DNA from: Candidatus Thorarchaeota archaeon
GTDB lineage: Archaea; Asgardarchaeota; Thorarchaeia; Thorarchaeales; Thorarchaeaceae
Direction: 5' to 3'
Assembly (NCBI GenBank): GCA_008080745.1
Contig: SHMX01000003.1
Span: 390,001-422,000, forward strand
DNA length: 32,000 nucleotides
A program made the translations under genes and the position numbers. The stretch's first letter is position 1, and every line of letters begins with the position of its first letter. Below are positions 1-8,616 of this stretch, piece by piece. Under the pieces are notes generated by a model. It was not told the DNA's origin. It saw only the letters and a program-made list of their open reading frames with translations, and searched no databases.

Positions 1-1
1 T

Positions 2-3000
2 GATGTCACAATTGATTATACCATTGTTTCGACAGCATCAGAGGTTCCTATGGGAGAAGTAGTAGGCAATATTACCATAGATGGAACTACAGTAATTTCG
101 CTCACACAATCAGGTACTCAGTGGATTGCCAACCTCACAGGGGCCACGATTGATCTTGGAACACACACAGCTGTGATTCATATTTGGGCTTATGGATACC
201 AATACAGAACAGCTAGTGAAACTCTTGATGTCAGTAATGTCACAACATCCATAGATGTATCTTGGACACCATTGAATCTAACCAGACAATATTCTGGTTA
301 TTATGATGTAGTTGTTGATTACACCTATTATGGAGGAGATGTTCCTGGTTCAGCACTTGTCAATGTTACAATCAATGGACAGACTTTCGGACTCTCATAT
401 TCCACAGGGGCATGGAGAGTATCGATTGCTGCATCAAATCTTGATATTGGAGAGTATTCAGCCTCAATCAGTGCTTGGCTCTATGGATACGCACACCAGA
501 CAAATACTACTTCAACTCTAAATATCACACTTGCAAATACAACAATAGTCACAAATTGGTCCAACTATGATCTGTACTTTACTCATTCCGTAGACCTTAA
601 CATTACATTACTTGATATCTATGCACAGCCAATTACTACAGCTCTTGTTAATGCATCTTATGAAGGAACGAATTATACGCTAAGTTATTTGGGAGGAGGA
701 ACACACCGACTTGTCTTCAATGGATCAGACGGCCTCGGAACCTATCCAATCCAAATTTACACTTGGAATTATGGATTCTATAATGAAACAACATCAATTA
801 CTCTGAACATAGTGCAAACACCCACAAGTATCGATGCATCTACAAAAATACAAGGTTATAGTGAGAGTATTTTATATCATGATGGAAAGGTGACCTACTC
901 AGTTCTGTTTGAAGATATCGATAGCAATCGGATTGATTCAGCCCTAGTGAACTTTACTATAGATGGGATAATTTACAATATGACAGCTCTCGGAAATGGT
1001 AATTACACCATATCCTTTGATGGAGAGGACCTGGGTGTAGGCTCATTCGCTGTTGAACTACACGCATGGAAATACGGATATGCTCCCCAAACCTTGACGC
1101 CAACAATAGTGGTCAATCCAAACCCCACCTATATAGAAATTATCGAAGATACAGAAACGACTATCTTTCTTAATGACACCAGAACAGTAAGAGTACGATA
1201 CATAGACAATCACACTGGAATGATTCTCTCGATTGATACAGAATACATCTCTTGGCCCGGAACTATATCATATAACAATCCTTCAGCAGGAGAGTATGAG
1301 ATTGAGTTCTCAACATTTTACACCCTAGGTAATCATATTCTCAATGTCACATTGGTAAAGGAAAACTACACAATAGGTCAAAAAATATGGGAGATAACCA
1401 TACGCCCAGTCAATACAATATTCATACCTATTGGTGAGTATACCGAATATGAGAATGAAAGTATTACCTTTAGTGCTAATTATACCGATATAGATCATCA
1501 TGAGTTCATCTATTGGGGAAATGTGAGCATTACAATTGATGGTGTAACATATCAGTTAGAATACACCACAAGTGGAATATATAGTCGTACAATACCTCTC
1601 ACTATTGAAGATGGGGATTATACAATCACCTTTGAGGCGATAGCTGACGGATGTGCGACAAATACCACTTATGTTCTTCTTAACCTCCTTACTAAGACGG
1701 ATGTGCAATTAGTTTTAGAAGTACCAAACACAGCTACGGAGGGGAATACTATTGGAATACAAGCTATACTTACTGATGCCGTAGATAATCCAATAACCTT
1801 TGCAACAGTGACCTTTTCCGTGGATGTTCGATTCGAAAATGGTACAGTTAGACAATTTACCTATTCAGACACGACTAATGCAAATGGTGAAGCTAATTGG
1901 GCATACGTAGTACCAGACGGAGGGGAGAATAGAGTGAACTCCCTTACAGTCAATGCGTATTATGATCCCACGGTTGATAACGTAAAGAGCAATTGGGATG
2001 CTTCAGCTAGCGCTGTAGAGATATCGGTCTCTTTACCATGGGATAGACAACTGGTCTCCTTTGCCCTTAGTAGAGAAGGATTGATGATAATTGGAATACT
2101 TCTCATAGTAGGAGCAGTCGCCACATACTATAACAAGTCAGTAAAGCCGAAGAGATTTGCAGAAACAAGAGCCCTTGAGAAACAGCTAAGTGATTTCAAA
2201 GACCTTGAAGGATTACAACATTTCATGGCAGTTTATCTTGACCGTGGAACCTGTGTATTCTACCATCCTTTCACAGAAACACGTATCCAGCCAGACCTGA
2301 TTAGCGGATTCATTGCTGCAATTACCAGTGTCTATGGAGAGATTAAAGGTGATGGCGTCCAAGGAACTCTGGAGGAAATCAATTACCATGGTCTCAAACT
2401 TAATAGCTACAGTGGTAAATATGTGATTGGTATTCTTATTGTAGAGGGAGATATGACACCATTGCTGCGCGATAGATTGCAATGGTTTGTGGAATTATTT
2501 GAGCAACAATACGATGCGGACCTCGATGGTTGGATGGGAGTGATGGACTGCTTCAATCCAGAATGGATAGTATCCAATCTACATGCAGCCTTCAATTATC
2601 ATTGGTTGCTACCTCATCGAGTAGGAGATATAACAAGCATTTCAAAGAAAGATGCAAAATATCTAGAAGTTATTGTTGAGAATCTTGATGAAAAAGGAGA
2701 GATTCGGCTTCAAGATGTTATCGAGCCACTTGCGGAAAGGATGAATATAGATGACTTTGAAGTCTTGGAATATCTTCTTAATATGACCGATCGACAGGTC
2801 CTCGTCCCTATTAGTATAAATATTGTCTTACAAAGAAAGGGACTGGGTCTCGGTGGGGCAAGTGTATCTGATGATTTGGACGATTATGAAGAGGTCTATA
2901 TTGATGAAACCGACCCTGAAGTCGAAACTACACCAGATCCTGATACCGAGGAAACATTGGATGTAGTAAAAGAGCCAATAGAATCCGATTCAGAGATTCC

Positions 3001-3286
3001 AACACCCGAGGAGGGAATAGAGGAAGTAGAATTGGATAAGGCAACTTTACTAGAGACTGAGGAAGAGAAAGATACGGAAATGGAAAAAATTTCTGACCAA
3101 GAGAGTCTTGATTTCGAACTTCCAGATTTCACAGAGGATGAACTTGAACACCATCAAGCACCAATTGAAGATGTTGTTCAAGAAGAGGAGGAACCAGAAG
3201 CTGAAGTGGATCCGAAAGAGGCATTTGCTTCAGAGTTGATAGGCATCTTATCAAAGGAAAAGAAAAAAGAAAAGAAGGAAGAGTGA
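2..3286 (+). CDS. Large single-pass membrane protein, 5'-truncated by the window: extracellular Ig-like repeats, TM, cytoplasmic longin-like domain, winged-helix-like domain, acidic tail
   Basis: The frame is open from position 2 (DVTIDYTIVSTASEVPM...), so the ATG at 50 is probably internal. ~95-100 aa beta-rich repeats (V.Y.D...A.V..TI.G..Y.L...Y...L..G.Y.I...A...GY) carry many N-x-S/T sequons. One hydrophobic stretch GLMIIGILLIVGAVATYY (~2078-2131) is followed by KPKR. Next is a longin-like segment (HFMAVYLDRGTCVFYHPF...DLISGFIAAITSV...KYVIGILIV...LRDRLQWFVELFEQQY), then a D/E-rich tail. Confidence 0.9.
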   Translation, partial: DVTIDYTIVSTASEVPMGEVVGNITIDGTTVISLTQSGTQWIANLTGATIDLGTHTAVIHIWAYGYQYRTASETLDVSNVTTSIDVSWTPLNLTRQYSGYYDVVVDYTYYGGDVPGSALVNVTINGQTFGLSYSTGAWRVSIAASNLDIGEYSASISAWLYGYAHQTNTTSTLNITLANTTIVTNWSNYDLYFTHSVDLNITLLDIYAQPITTALVNASYEGTNYTLSYLGGGTHRLVFNGSDGLGTYPIQIYTWNYGFYNETTSITLNIVQTPTSIDASTKIQGYSESILYHDGKVTYSVLFEDIDSNRIDSALVNFTIDGIIYNMTALGNGNYTISFDGEDLGVGSFAVELHAWKYGYAPQTLTPTIVVNPNPTYIEIIEDTETTIFLNDTRTVRVRYIDNHTGMILSIDTEYISWPGTISYNNPSAGEYEIEFSTFYTLGNHILNVTLVKENYTIGQKIWEITIRPVNTIFIPIGEYTEYENESITFSANYTDIDHHEFIYWGNVSITIDGVTYQLEYTTSGIYSRTIPLTIEDGDYTITFEAIADGCATNTTYVLLNLLTKTDVQLVLEVPNTATEGNTIGIQAILTDAVDNPITFATVTFSVDVRFENGTVRQFTYSDTTNANGEANWAYVVPDGGENRVNSLTVNAYYDPTVDNVKSNWDASASAVEISVSLPWDRQLVSFALSREGLMIIGILLIVGAVATYYNKSVKPKRFAETRALEKQLSDFKDLEGLQHFMAVYLDRGTCVFYHPFTETRIQPDLISGFIAAITSVYGEIKGDGVQGTLEEINYHGLKLNSYSGKYVIGILIVEGDMTPLLRDRLQWFVELFEQQYDADLDGWMGVMDCFNPEWIVSNLHAAFNYHWLLPHRVGDITSISKKDAKYLEVIVENLDEKGEIRLQDVIEPLAERMNIDDFEVLEYLLNMTDRQVLVPISINIVLQRKGLGLGGASVSDDLDDYEEVYIDETDPEVETTPDPDTEETLDVVKEPIESDSEIPTPEEGIEEVELDKATLLETEEEKDTEMEKISDQESLDFELPDFTEDELEHHQAPIEDVVQEEEEPEAEVDPKEAFASELIGILSKEKKKEKKEE

Positions 3287-3352
3287 TTGAGAAATCACCA
3301 AGCGAATAAAACTTATCAATCGCTCTTTCCGTTCATTCTTGAGTGTTGAACA

Positions 3353-3652
3353 TTGCCATGGCACATTGATAACTACTACATACACAGTGGAGCAGTACTC
3401 TGCGTGGAGATATCTATTCCACTTATTGATTTCCTATTGACTGATATCGACGATGTGAGAAATGCGTGGTTTAGCATGCTCCAATCATTTGTAGATCAAA
3501 ATCCTGGATTCGAGCTATCCTGGGAGATGGAGCCAAGAGATGAAGATGCACTGGTCATTGTTCGAATAGCAAAAATTGGCAAGCTTAAACAATTTACCGA
3601 CCTTGAGAAAAAGGCAGCACTTTCAGCAGCTGATGCGCTATTCGACGAATAA
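3353..3652 (+). CDS. Small hypothetical protein (99 aa, TTG start)
   Basis: The ORF fills the gap between two genes and has a globular alpha/beta-like composition. An AT-rich TATA-like element (AAAACTTAT) lies upstream. No family recognised. Confidence 0.65.
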   Translation: MPWHIDNYYIHSGAVLCVEISIPLIDFLLTDIDDVRNAWFSMLQSFVDQNPGFELSWEMEPRDEDALVIVRIAKIGKLKQFTDLEKKAALSAADALFDE

Positions 3653-3688
3653 TCTCCTTAGAATAGTTACGAGTCAAGGAAATTAGAG

Positions 3689-4948
3689 CTAGCTGACTTT
3701 AGGAATAATACTTTGGCTATTTTGTAAGACTGCAATACGACTCCTAGTTCCAGTTATTTTGCGTGCTAGTTCGAACCCTTCTTGAGGGTCTCGAACCGAA
3801 CTGGCTTGTAATTTGCCTTCAACTATAGCAGGATTCAACCTAGAGCAGACTATGATTTTTCGGTCAGATAGAATTTTCCAGTAGACTCTTGCTCGTTCCA
3901 TACCAAGTTCAAAACCATTCTGTGCCTGAAGCTGAACATCAATCTCAGAGTTAGCAGCTGTAATTGAATTAACAAAACCCTCCGGACCAGGTCCTTCGGG
4001 ACATTCTGCTACCAATAGAATTACACCATTATGTCTTGTGAATTGGAACCCATTATAGAGGCTATTGATACTATCAAAAAGAGTTCTATCATAGGGAGAA
4101 CCACCAGCACATACCACTGCAATATCATATCGTTGTTTCGGAGTAATGGATGCAATACTGTGACACGCATGTGCGCCCTGATTCCAAGCAGTTTTTGGAT
4201 CTCCAACAGATAATGTTGCAAGATTCCCCTGATAATCTTCAACAAGATTTAGAACGAAATCCAGTTCTGCAATCTCTGCGGCTTCTATCATATCCTGACT
4301 AGAATTGCTCATCAAGTCATAACCTCTGAAAGGAGAGGTGGTCTGTAATTTCAAATTAGCACTTACAGATTTGAATCCTGCAACGCCTGGAAGTACAGCA
4401 GTTCGTCCTCCCGTTGCACCTATGAAGAGATCCGGGATAATGGTTCCGACACCTATCCGGAGCTCAGCAGAGAGAAATGAATTATTGAGATATAGAGGTG
4501 TGGAATGGGTGGGTGTATCCCCAATGTGACGAATATTGTTGGAGTGCAAAGAACTATGGATTTCAATGTTCATATCAAACTGGGACGGATAATGTAGTAT
4601 AGAATCAATATTAGAGAGATTAGATTCATTGGTTGAAAAAAGGAAAGTTATCGTTTTTGATCCGGTTGAGGAATTGTTCAATATCCTCACAAGGGTCCGA
4701 GTAACTTGTTGGATTAATCGATTTTGGATATTCTCAACAGCGATACAAATGGAGTTTGCTTCAGATATCAGGCTACTTAGAGGTAAGGATTCAACAGGGT
4801 TTTCAATTGCGTGAAGTATAGATTTTGGAATATCTTGAAATCCGATAACTGAGCGAGGTTGATATTTGTCCATTAGAGATATAGTGCCATTTTCTATCGG
4901 TAGATAGCCTTCGCCATATTTCAAATCTAACCTCATCTTCAAACCCAA
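3689..4948 (-). CDS. LarA (lactate racemase)-fold protein, catalytically degenerate
   Basis: LarA-family scaffold motifs: L.YG, AIENP, GDTPTHSTPLYLN, GATGGRTAVLPGVAG, GGSPYD, GVILLVAECPEG. The canonical catalytic and cofactor residues are substituted. The true start may be the second Met (MRLDL). Confidence 0.8.
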   Translation of the reverse strand: MGLKMRLDLKYGEGYLPIENGTISLMDKYQPRSVIGFQDIPKSILHAIENPVESLPLSSLISEANSICIAVENIQNRLIQQVTRTLVRILNNSSTGSKTITFLFSTNESNLSNIDSILHYPSQFDMNIEIHSSLHSNNIRHIGDTPTHSTPLYLNNSFLSAELRIGVGTIIPDLFIGATGGRTAVLPGVAGFKSVSANLKLQTTSPFRGYDLMSNSSQDMIEAAEIAELDFVLNLVEDYQGNLATLSVGDPKTAWNQGAHACHSIASITPKQRYDIAVVCAGGSPYDRTLFDSINSLYNGFQFTRHNGVILLVAECPEGPGPEGFVNSITAANSEIDVQLQAQNGFELGMERARVYWKILSDRKIIVCSRLNPAIVEGKLQASSVRDPQEGFELARKITGTRSRIAVLQNSQSIIPKVS

Positions 4949-5045
4949 TGATAACGTTCAGCTCTTGCCTCTTAAGGTTAGCATTATTAGGGTATCACAT
5001 ACTTGATGGGCGGGGATATTTGTACAGAAAAGAAGTTTCATAACT

Positions 5046-5795
5046 ATGAAAAGAAAGGCCCGAACACCGATGAAGCTCCAAAAGACAGACCTCATATTTT
5101 TATTTGTCCTGAGTTTAATTGGTTTGTATTCTCTCATTTCCTTTATGTTCCCAAATACATTCAATCTGATAATTACAAGTTATGAAATCGTTGTGTCTTT
5201 CTCATTGTTCGTGGGATATCCTGGAGCATTTGTGATTTCGCTTCTTGGAAATGCAACCATCTTATTCCCATTTCCCTATATTGGAGTACCGTTCATATTA
5301 GGCGGAATACGGGATGGTGTATCTGGAGTGTTTTTGTATGACCCCATCATTATTGGAATAGTAGCAGGAATAGGGGCTACAATTGGTGAGATGACAGGAT
5401 ATCTAATTGGATATGCAGGGGGATGTCTACTTGATCAAGAAAACGTTTCAGGATTTCGTAGATATGCAGATAGTCACCCTCGTTCTATCCCACTCCTAAT
5501 ATGGTTTTTAGCAGCAACACCAATTCCTGATGATGTTTTACTCGTTCCTTTGGGAGCATCAAAATACCATTGGATGAAAGTGCTAATACCACAACTGATT
5601 GGAAAAATCATGTTCCTTCTAACAATAGCTTGGGCAGGACGGTTTGGTTTAGACTGGATTGGCGAACTAATCCTGTCATCGGACCCACTAAATTGGATGA
5701 CTAGGATAACCGAGATAGTCGCCATCCTGATGGTTGTGATAGTGATCTACCTAATGATTAGATTCGATTGGAATAAACATGCAACCAGCAGCTAA
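5046..5795 (+). CDS. DedA/VTT (SNARE-associated, Tvp38-like) family membrane protein
   Basis: Motifs LGNATILFPFP, GIGATIGEMTGYLIGY, AATPIPDD.LL.PLG...Y...K...GK, and multiple TM segments. Confidence 0.85.
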   Translation: MKRKARTPMKLQKTDLIFLFVLSLIGLYSLISFMFPNTFNLIITSYEIVVSFSLFVGYPGAFVISLLGNATILFPFPYIGVPFILGGIRDGVSGVFLYDPIIIGIVAGIGATIGEMTGYLIGYAGGCLLDQENVSGFRRYADSHPRSIPLLIWFLAATPIPDDVLLVPLGASKYHWMKVLIPQLIGKIMFLLTIAWAGRFGLDWIGELILSSDPLNWMTRITEIVAILMVVIVIYLMIRFDWNKHATSS

Positions 5796-6787
5796 ACTTC
5801 CTCATCGTCCTTTGTTCTCTGGAAACCCTCTAATATTGCTCGTCCAAAATTCGTGAGAGATACTAGACCGCCTCTAAGGAGATCATTGATGGCAGCAAGG
5901 TTAATTCCACCTTTGAAAGAAGCTGGCAACTGAATCATACCAACTTGGTTCATCTCGATTAGAAGTTTAACGAATGCACCCATCCTATGTAAAGCAAAGA
6001 TACCCACACATTTGCTGAATGCACGTTTGGTTCCTTCAATTATTGCCTGTCTTGGATCCTCAAATTCTACTAATGCCCGTTCAATTTCCAAGAAGGCACA
6101 ACACATGGTCTGTGATTCTTCATCTGGAGAGTCCATAAAGTGTCCAGGTGCCTGAAGTGAAAAAGGGTCGAGGAGATAATTGTTAATCTTAAGACGTGGT
6201 TCTTCTTCAGTGATATTCCACCATGCTTGAAGATGAGCATCTGTTAGTGGCTGAACCTCAAGACCAGAATCCACTTCATGATCACCCAGATTTCCATCAG
6301 GTAAAAATGAATGCCATCCTGGAATCATCCGAAACCCTTGTTTTTTCCCATCCTTACTAAACAGGTCCAATCGTCTACTGCAATAATGAACAAGGTCATA
6401 AATTGCATGATTTCCATCCTTATCTAGGAATACAAATATGGGCTCATAATCAGCCTCATGGGCTGGAACAGCTTGATAATCCCATACATAGAGATATTGC
6501 AGACATTTCGCTCCACGCCAACCATTCTGTTCAATAACTCGCCCAAACACGCCAACGAATTCAGTTTTGTTTAGGGCATCGACTGTTTCTTCAGGAATAA
6601 TCTTACCGAGAGTCAATGCTAGTGTCTTATCTCCTGAAAGAACACCAGATGTCCTAGGTAGATATTGTTTTAGTAACTTCTCATCATATTTTGCCTTGAG
6701 ACCAGAACCACACTGTTGAAAAGACATGTCAGCCGGAGACACTTTCATGTGAAGGATATCGCGAAATTTCTTCAATACCGATTGCAC
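5792..6787 (-). CDS. Hypothetical protein with Vps62/NPP1-like motif (QYLYVW...HEADYEP...H...GWHS)
   Basis: Long ORF with a GTG start (ATG at MKVSP is an alternative). The motif spacing resembles the H-x-x-D-W-E core of the Vps62/NPP1-like superfamily. It overlaps the DedA stop by 4 nt. Confidence 0.7.
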   Translation of the reverse strand: MQSVLKKFRDILHMKVSPADMSFQQCGSGLKAKYDEKLLKQYLPRTSGVLSGDKTLALTLGKIIPEETVDALNKTEFVGVFGRVIEQNGWRGAKCLQYLYVWDYQAVPAHEADYEPIFVFLDKDGNHAIYDLVHYCSRRLDLFSKDGKKQGFRMIPGWHSFLPDGNLGDHEVDSGLEVQPLTDAHLQAWWNITEEEPRLKINNYLLDPFSLQAPGHFMDSPDEESQTMCCAFLEIERALVEFEDPRQAIIEGTKRAFSKCVGIFALHRMGAFVKLLIEMNQVGMIQLPASFKGGINLAAINDLLRGGLVSLTNFGRAILEGFQRTKDDEEV

Positions 6788-6835
6788 CTACCATATGGAT
6801 TTCACTAGGAGTTATCAACATTCGCATCTTGGTGT

Positions 6836-6847
6836 AAAAAAGAAAAA
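6836..6847 (-). terminator. U-rich tract downstream of the thiolase-DUF35 operon
   Basis: The minus strand reads TTTTTCTTTTTT about 40 nt after the DUF35 stop, matching archaeal oligo-U termination. Confidence 0.45.
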
Positions 6848-6883
6848 TGGATTAGAAGAGAACTAGATCTCTCCTATCCAAAG

Positions 6884-7270
6884 TTATGTAGGTTTAAAGG
6901 CCAGGTAAGTCTTTTCACCCTCGGTGATGTATGTCAAAGATACAGGAACTCCAAGTTCAACTTCTTCTGGTTTGAGTGGATCGAAACCCTCCAGTCTGCA
7001 AGTGACTCTGCTTCCTTCTTCAAGTTCAATGATTGCAATGTAATACGGAGCTTCATCAACGAACTCATCTGGTGCAATATGAATCACTGTGAAAGATACG
7101 AGTGTACCTTTTCCGCTGACATCGGTCCAGTCCATTTCATTGTTTCCACAACTGTAACAAGTCCCAGAGGGAGGAGTAATTACGGCACCACATCCAACAC
7201 ATTTGTATGCTTGGAATTGTTTGTTAGTAATTTTAGCTCTGTATTCTTCAATAGTGGGTCTATCGCTCAT
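6884..7270 (-). CDS. Zn-ribbon/OB-fold DUF35 protein (thiolase partner)
   Basis: CxxC...CxxC (CVGC, CYSC), G.G.LVSFTVIH, PY.IAIIELEEG. It overlaps the thiolase stop (ATGA). Confidence 0.92.
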   Translation of the reverse strand: MSDRPTIEEYRAKITNKQFQAYKCVGCGAVITPPSGTCYSCGNNEMDWTDVSGKGTLVSFTVIHIAPDEFVDEAPYYIAIIELEEGSRVTCRLEGFDPLKPEEVELGVPVSLTYITEGEKTYLAFKPT

Positions 7271-8439
7271 GCATCAGCCCTCCTCATGACATTTACAACA
7301 CATGTTGCACCAGTACCACCGAAATTATGCATAATTGCAGTATCGTGGTTCTGAACCTGATTTGCACCAGCCTCACCAATTAATTCCTTGTAGATTACTA
7401 CTGCTTGTTTGACACCAGTAGCACCAACCGGATGTCCCACAGCCTTGAGACCACCCATTGGATTGATTGGCTTATCACCATCGAGAGCGGTTACACCATC
7501 TCGGACAGCTTTAGCACCCTCTCCAGGTTTAAAGAAACCAATGTCTTCACTTGCGATAATCTCTGCAATTGTGAAACAGTCATGAACTACGGCAAAGTCC
7601 ATATCTTTAGGACTTAGTTTAGCCATATCATAAGCTTGTTTGCTTGCGGCAACCGAAGCTTCGAAGGAGGTCAGTTCTTTTCTGCCGCAGAGATTCATAG
7701 ATGCGGATGCTTGACCTGTTCCCAGAATTCGCACCGGAGTGTCAGTGTATTGCTTAGCTTTCTCTGCAGAAGTCAATACGATTGCTGCTGCTCCATCAGA
7801 GATAGGAGAGCAATCAAACAGTTTTAGCGGCCATGCAATGTACCGGGGCGTCATAGCCTTTTCAAGAGATATCTCTTTCTGGAATTGGGCTAGAGGATTG
7901 GTTGAAGCATTCTTATGAGCTTTTACTGCTACTCGAGCCATGTCTTCTTCGGTAGTACCGTACTTTTGCATATGAGAAACAGCAGCAATACCAAAAACAC
8001 CGGGGAAGGTGAGTCCAATGCTTGATTCAAAGGTATCATCTGCTGCAGCAGCAAGAGCCTCGGTGGCTTTGTTGGTAGATACAGAAGTCATTTTTTCAGC
8101 ACCCACAACAAGAACAGTGTCGTAGATTCCAGACTCGATAGCCATTATTCCTGCACGTAAAGCCGTCGCACCAGATGCACAAGCTGCCTCGTGTCTGGTT
8201 GCTGGCAGTCCCTTCAATCCCGCATAGTCAAGCAGCAAAGGAGCTGTATGACCCTGATGAACTAGCATCTCAGGAATGAAAGTTCCAATGAATGCAGCTT
8301 GGATATCCTCTTTTGGAACGCCTGCATCCACTGTCGCCTTATCAACGGCCTCAGAGAATATTTCTCGGAGCGTTAGCCCGTCAAGTTTTCCGAACTTGGT
8401 CTGAGCTGCGCTTACTATATTGGTCGTCTTTAGCGGCAA
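7267..8439 (-). CDS. Archaeal/SCP2-type thiolase (acetyl-CoA acyltransferase)
   Basis: Catalytic Cys in RHEAACASG, plus the motifs DCSPISDGAAA, VHDCF and GLKAVGHPVGATG. TTG start. Confidence 0.95.
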   Translation of the reverse strand: MPLKTTNIVSAAQTKFGKLDGLTLREIFSEAVDKATVDAGVPKEDIQAAFIGTFIPEMLVHQGHTAPLLLDYAGLKGLPATRHEAACASGATALRAGIMAIESGIYDTVLVVGAEKMTSVSTNKATEALAAAADDTFESSIGLTFPGVFGIAAVSHMQKYGTTEEDMARVAVKAHKNASTNPLAQFQKEISLEKAMTPRYIAWPLKLFDCSPISDGAAAIVLTSAEKAKQYTDTPVRILGTGQASASMNLCGRKELTSFEASVAASKQAYDMAKLSPKDMDFAVVHDCFTIAEIIASEDIGFFKPGEGAKAVRDGVTALDGDKPINPMGGLKAVGHPVGATGVKQAVVIYKELIGEAGANQVQNHDTAIMHNFGGTGATCVVNVMRRADA

Positions 8440-8526
8440 GTTCTGTTTTACACCTCGTAAATAGGATACCCGCGGAATGGAAAGTGCCCATATAAAGGTT
8501 TGAGAATACTACTAAAATTAAATTGG

Positions 8527-8549
8527 ATTTTCAACTATCAACTGAAAAT
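8527..8549. promoter_or_regulatory. Inverted repeat ATTTTCA-N9-TGAAAAT in the divergent thiolase/acyl-CoA dehydrogenase promoter region
   Basis: A perfect 7-bp inverted repeat lies between two divergently transcribed acyl-CoA genes. The region is AT-rich, so it could be chance. Confidence 0.3.
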
Positions 8550-8616
8550 TACTCATTTTTACACTCTGCCAAAGGCATAAAAAGCCGGAAGCATTTCGAC
8601 CATCAGAGGAATTACG

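Noticed and set aside
2896-3132. Ser-rich 78-aa minus-strand ORF
   Set aside because: It is the antisense shadow of the Glu/Asp-rich tail codons.
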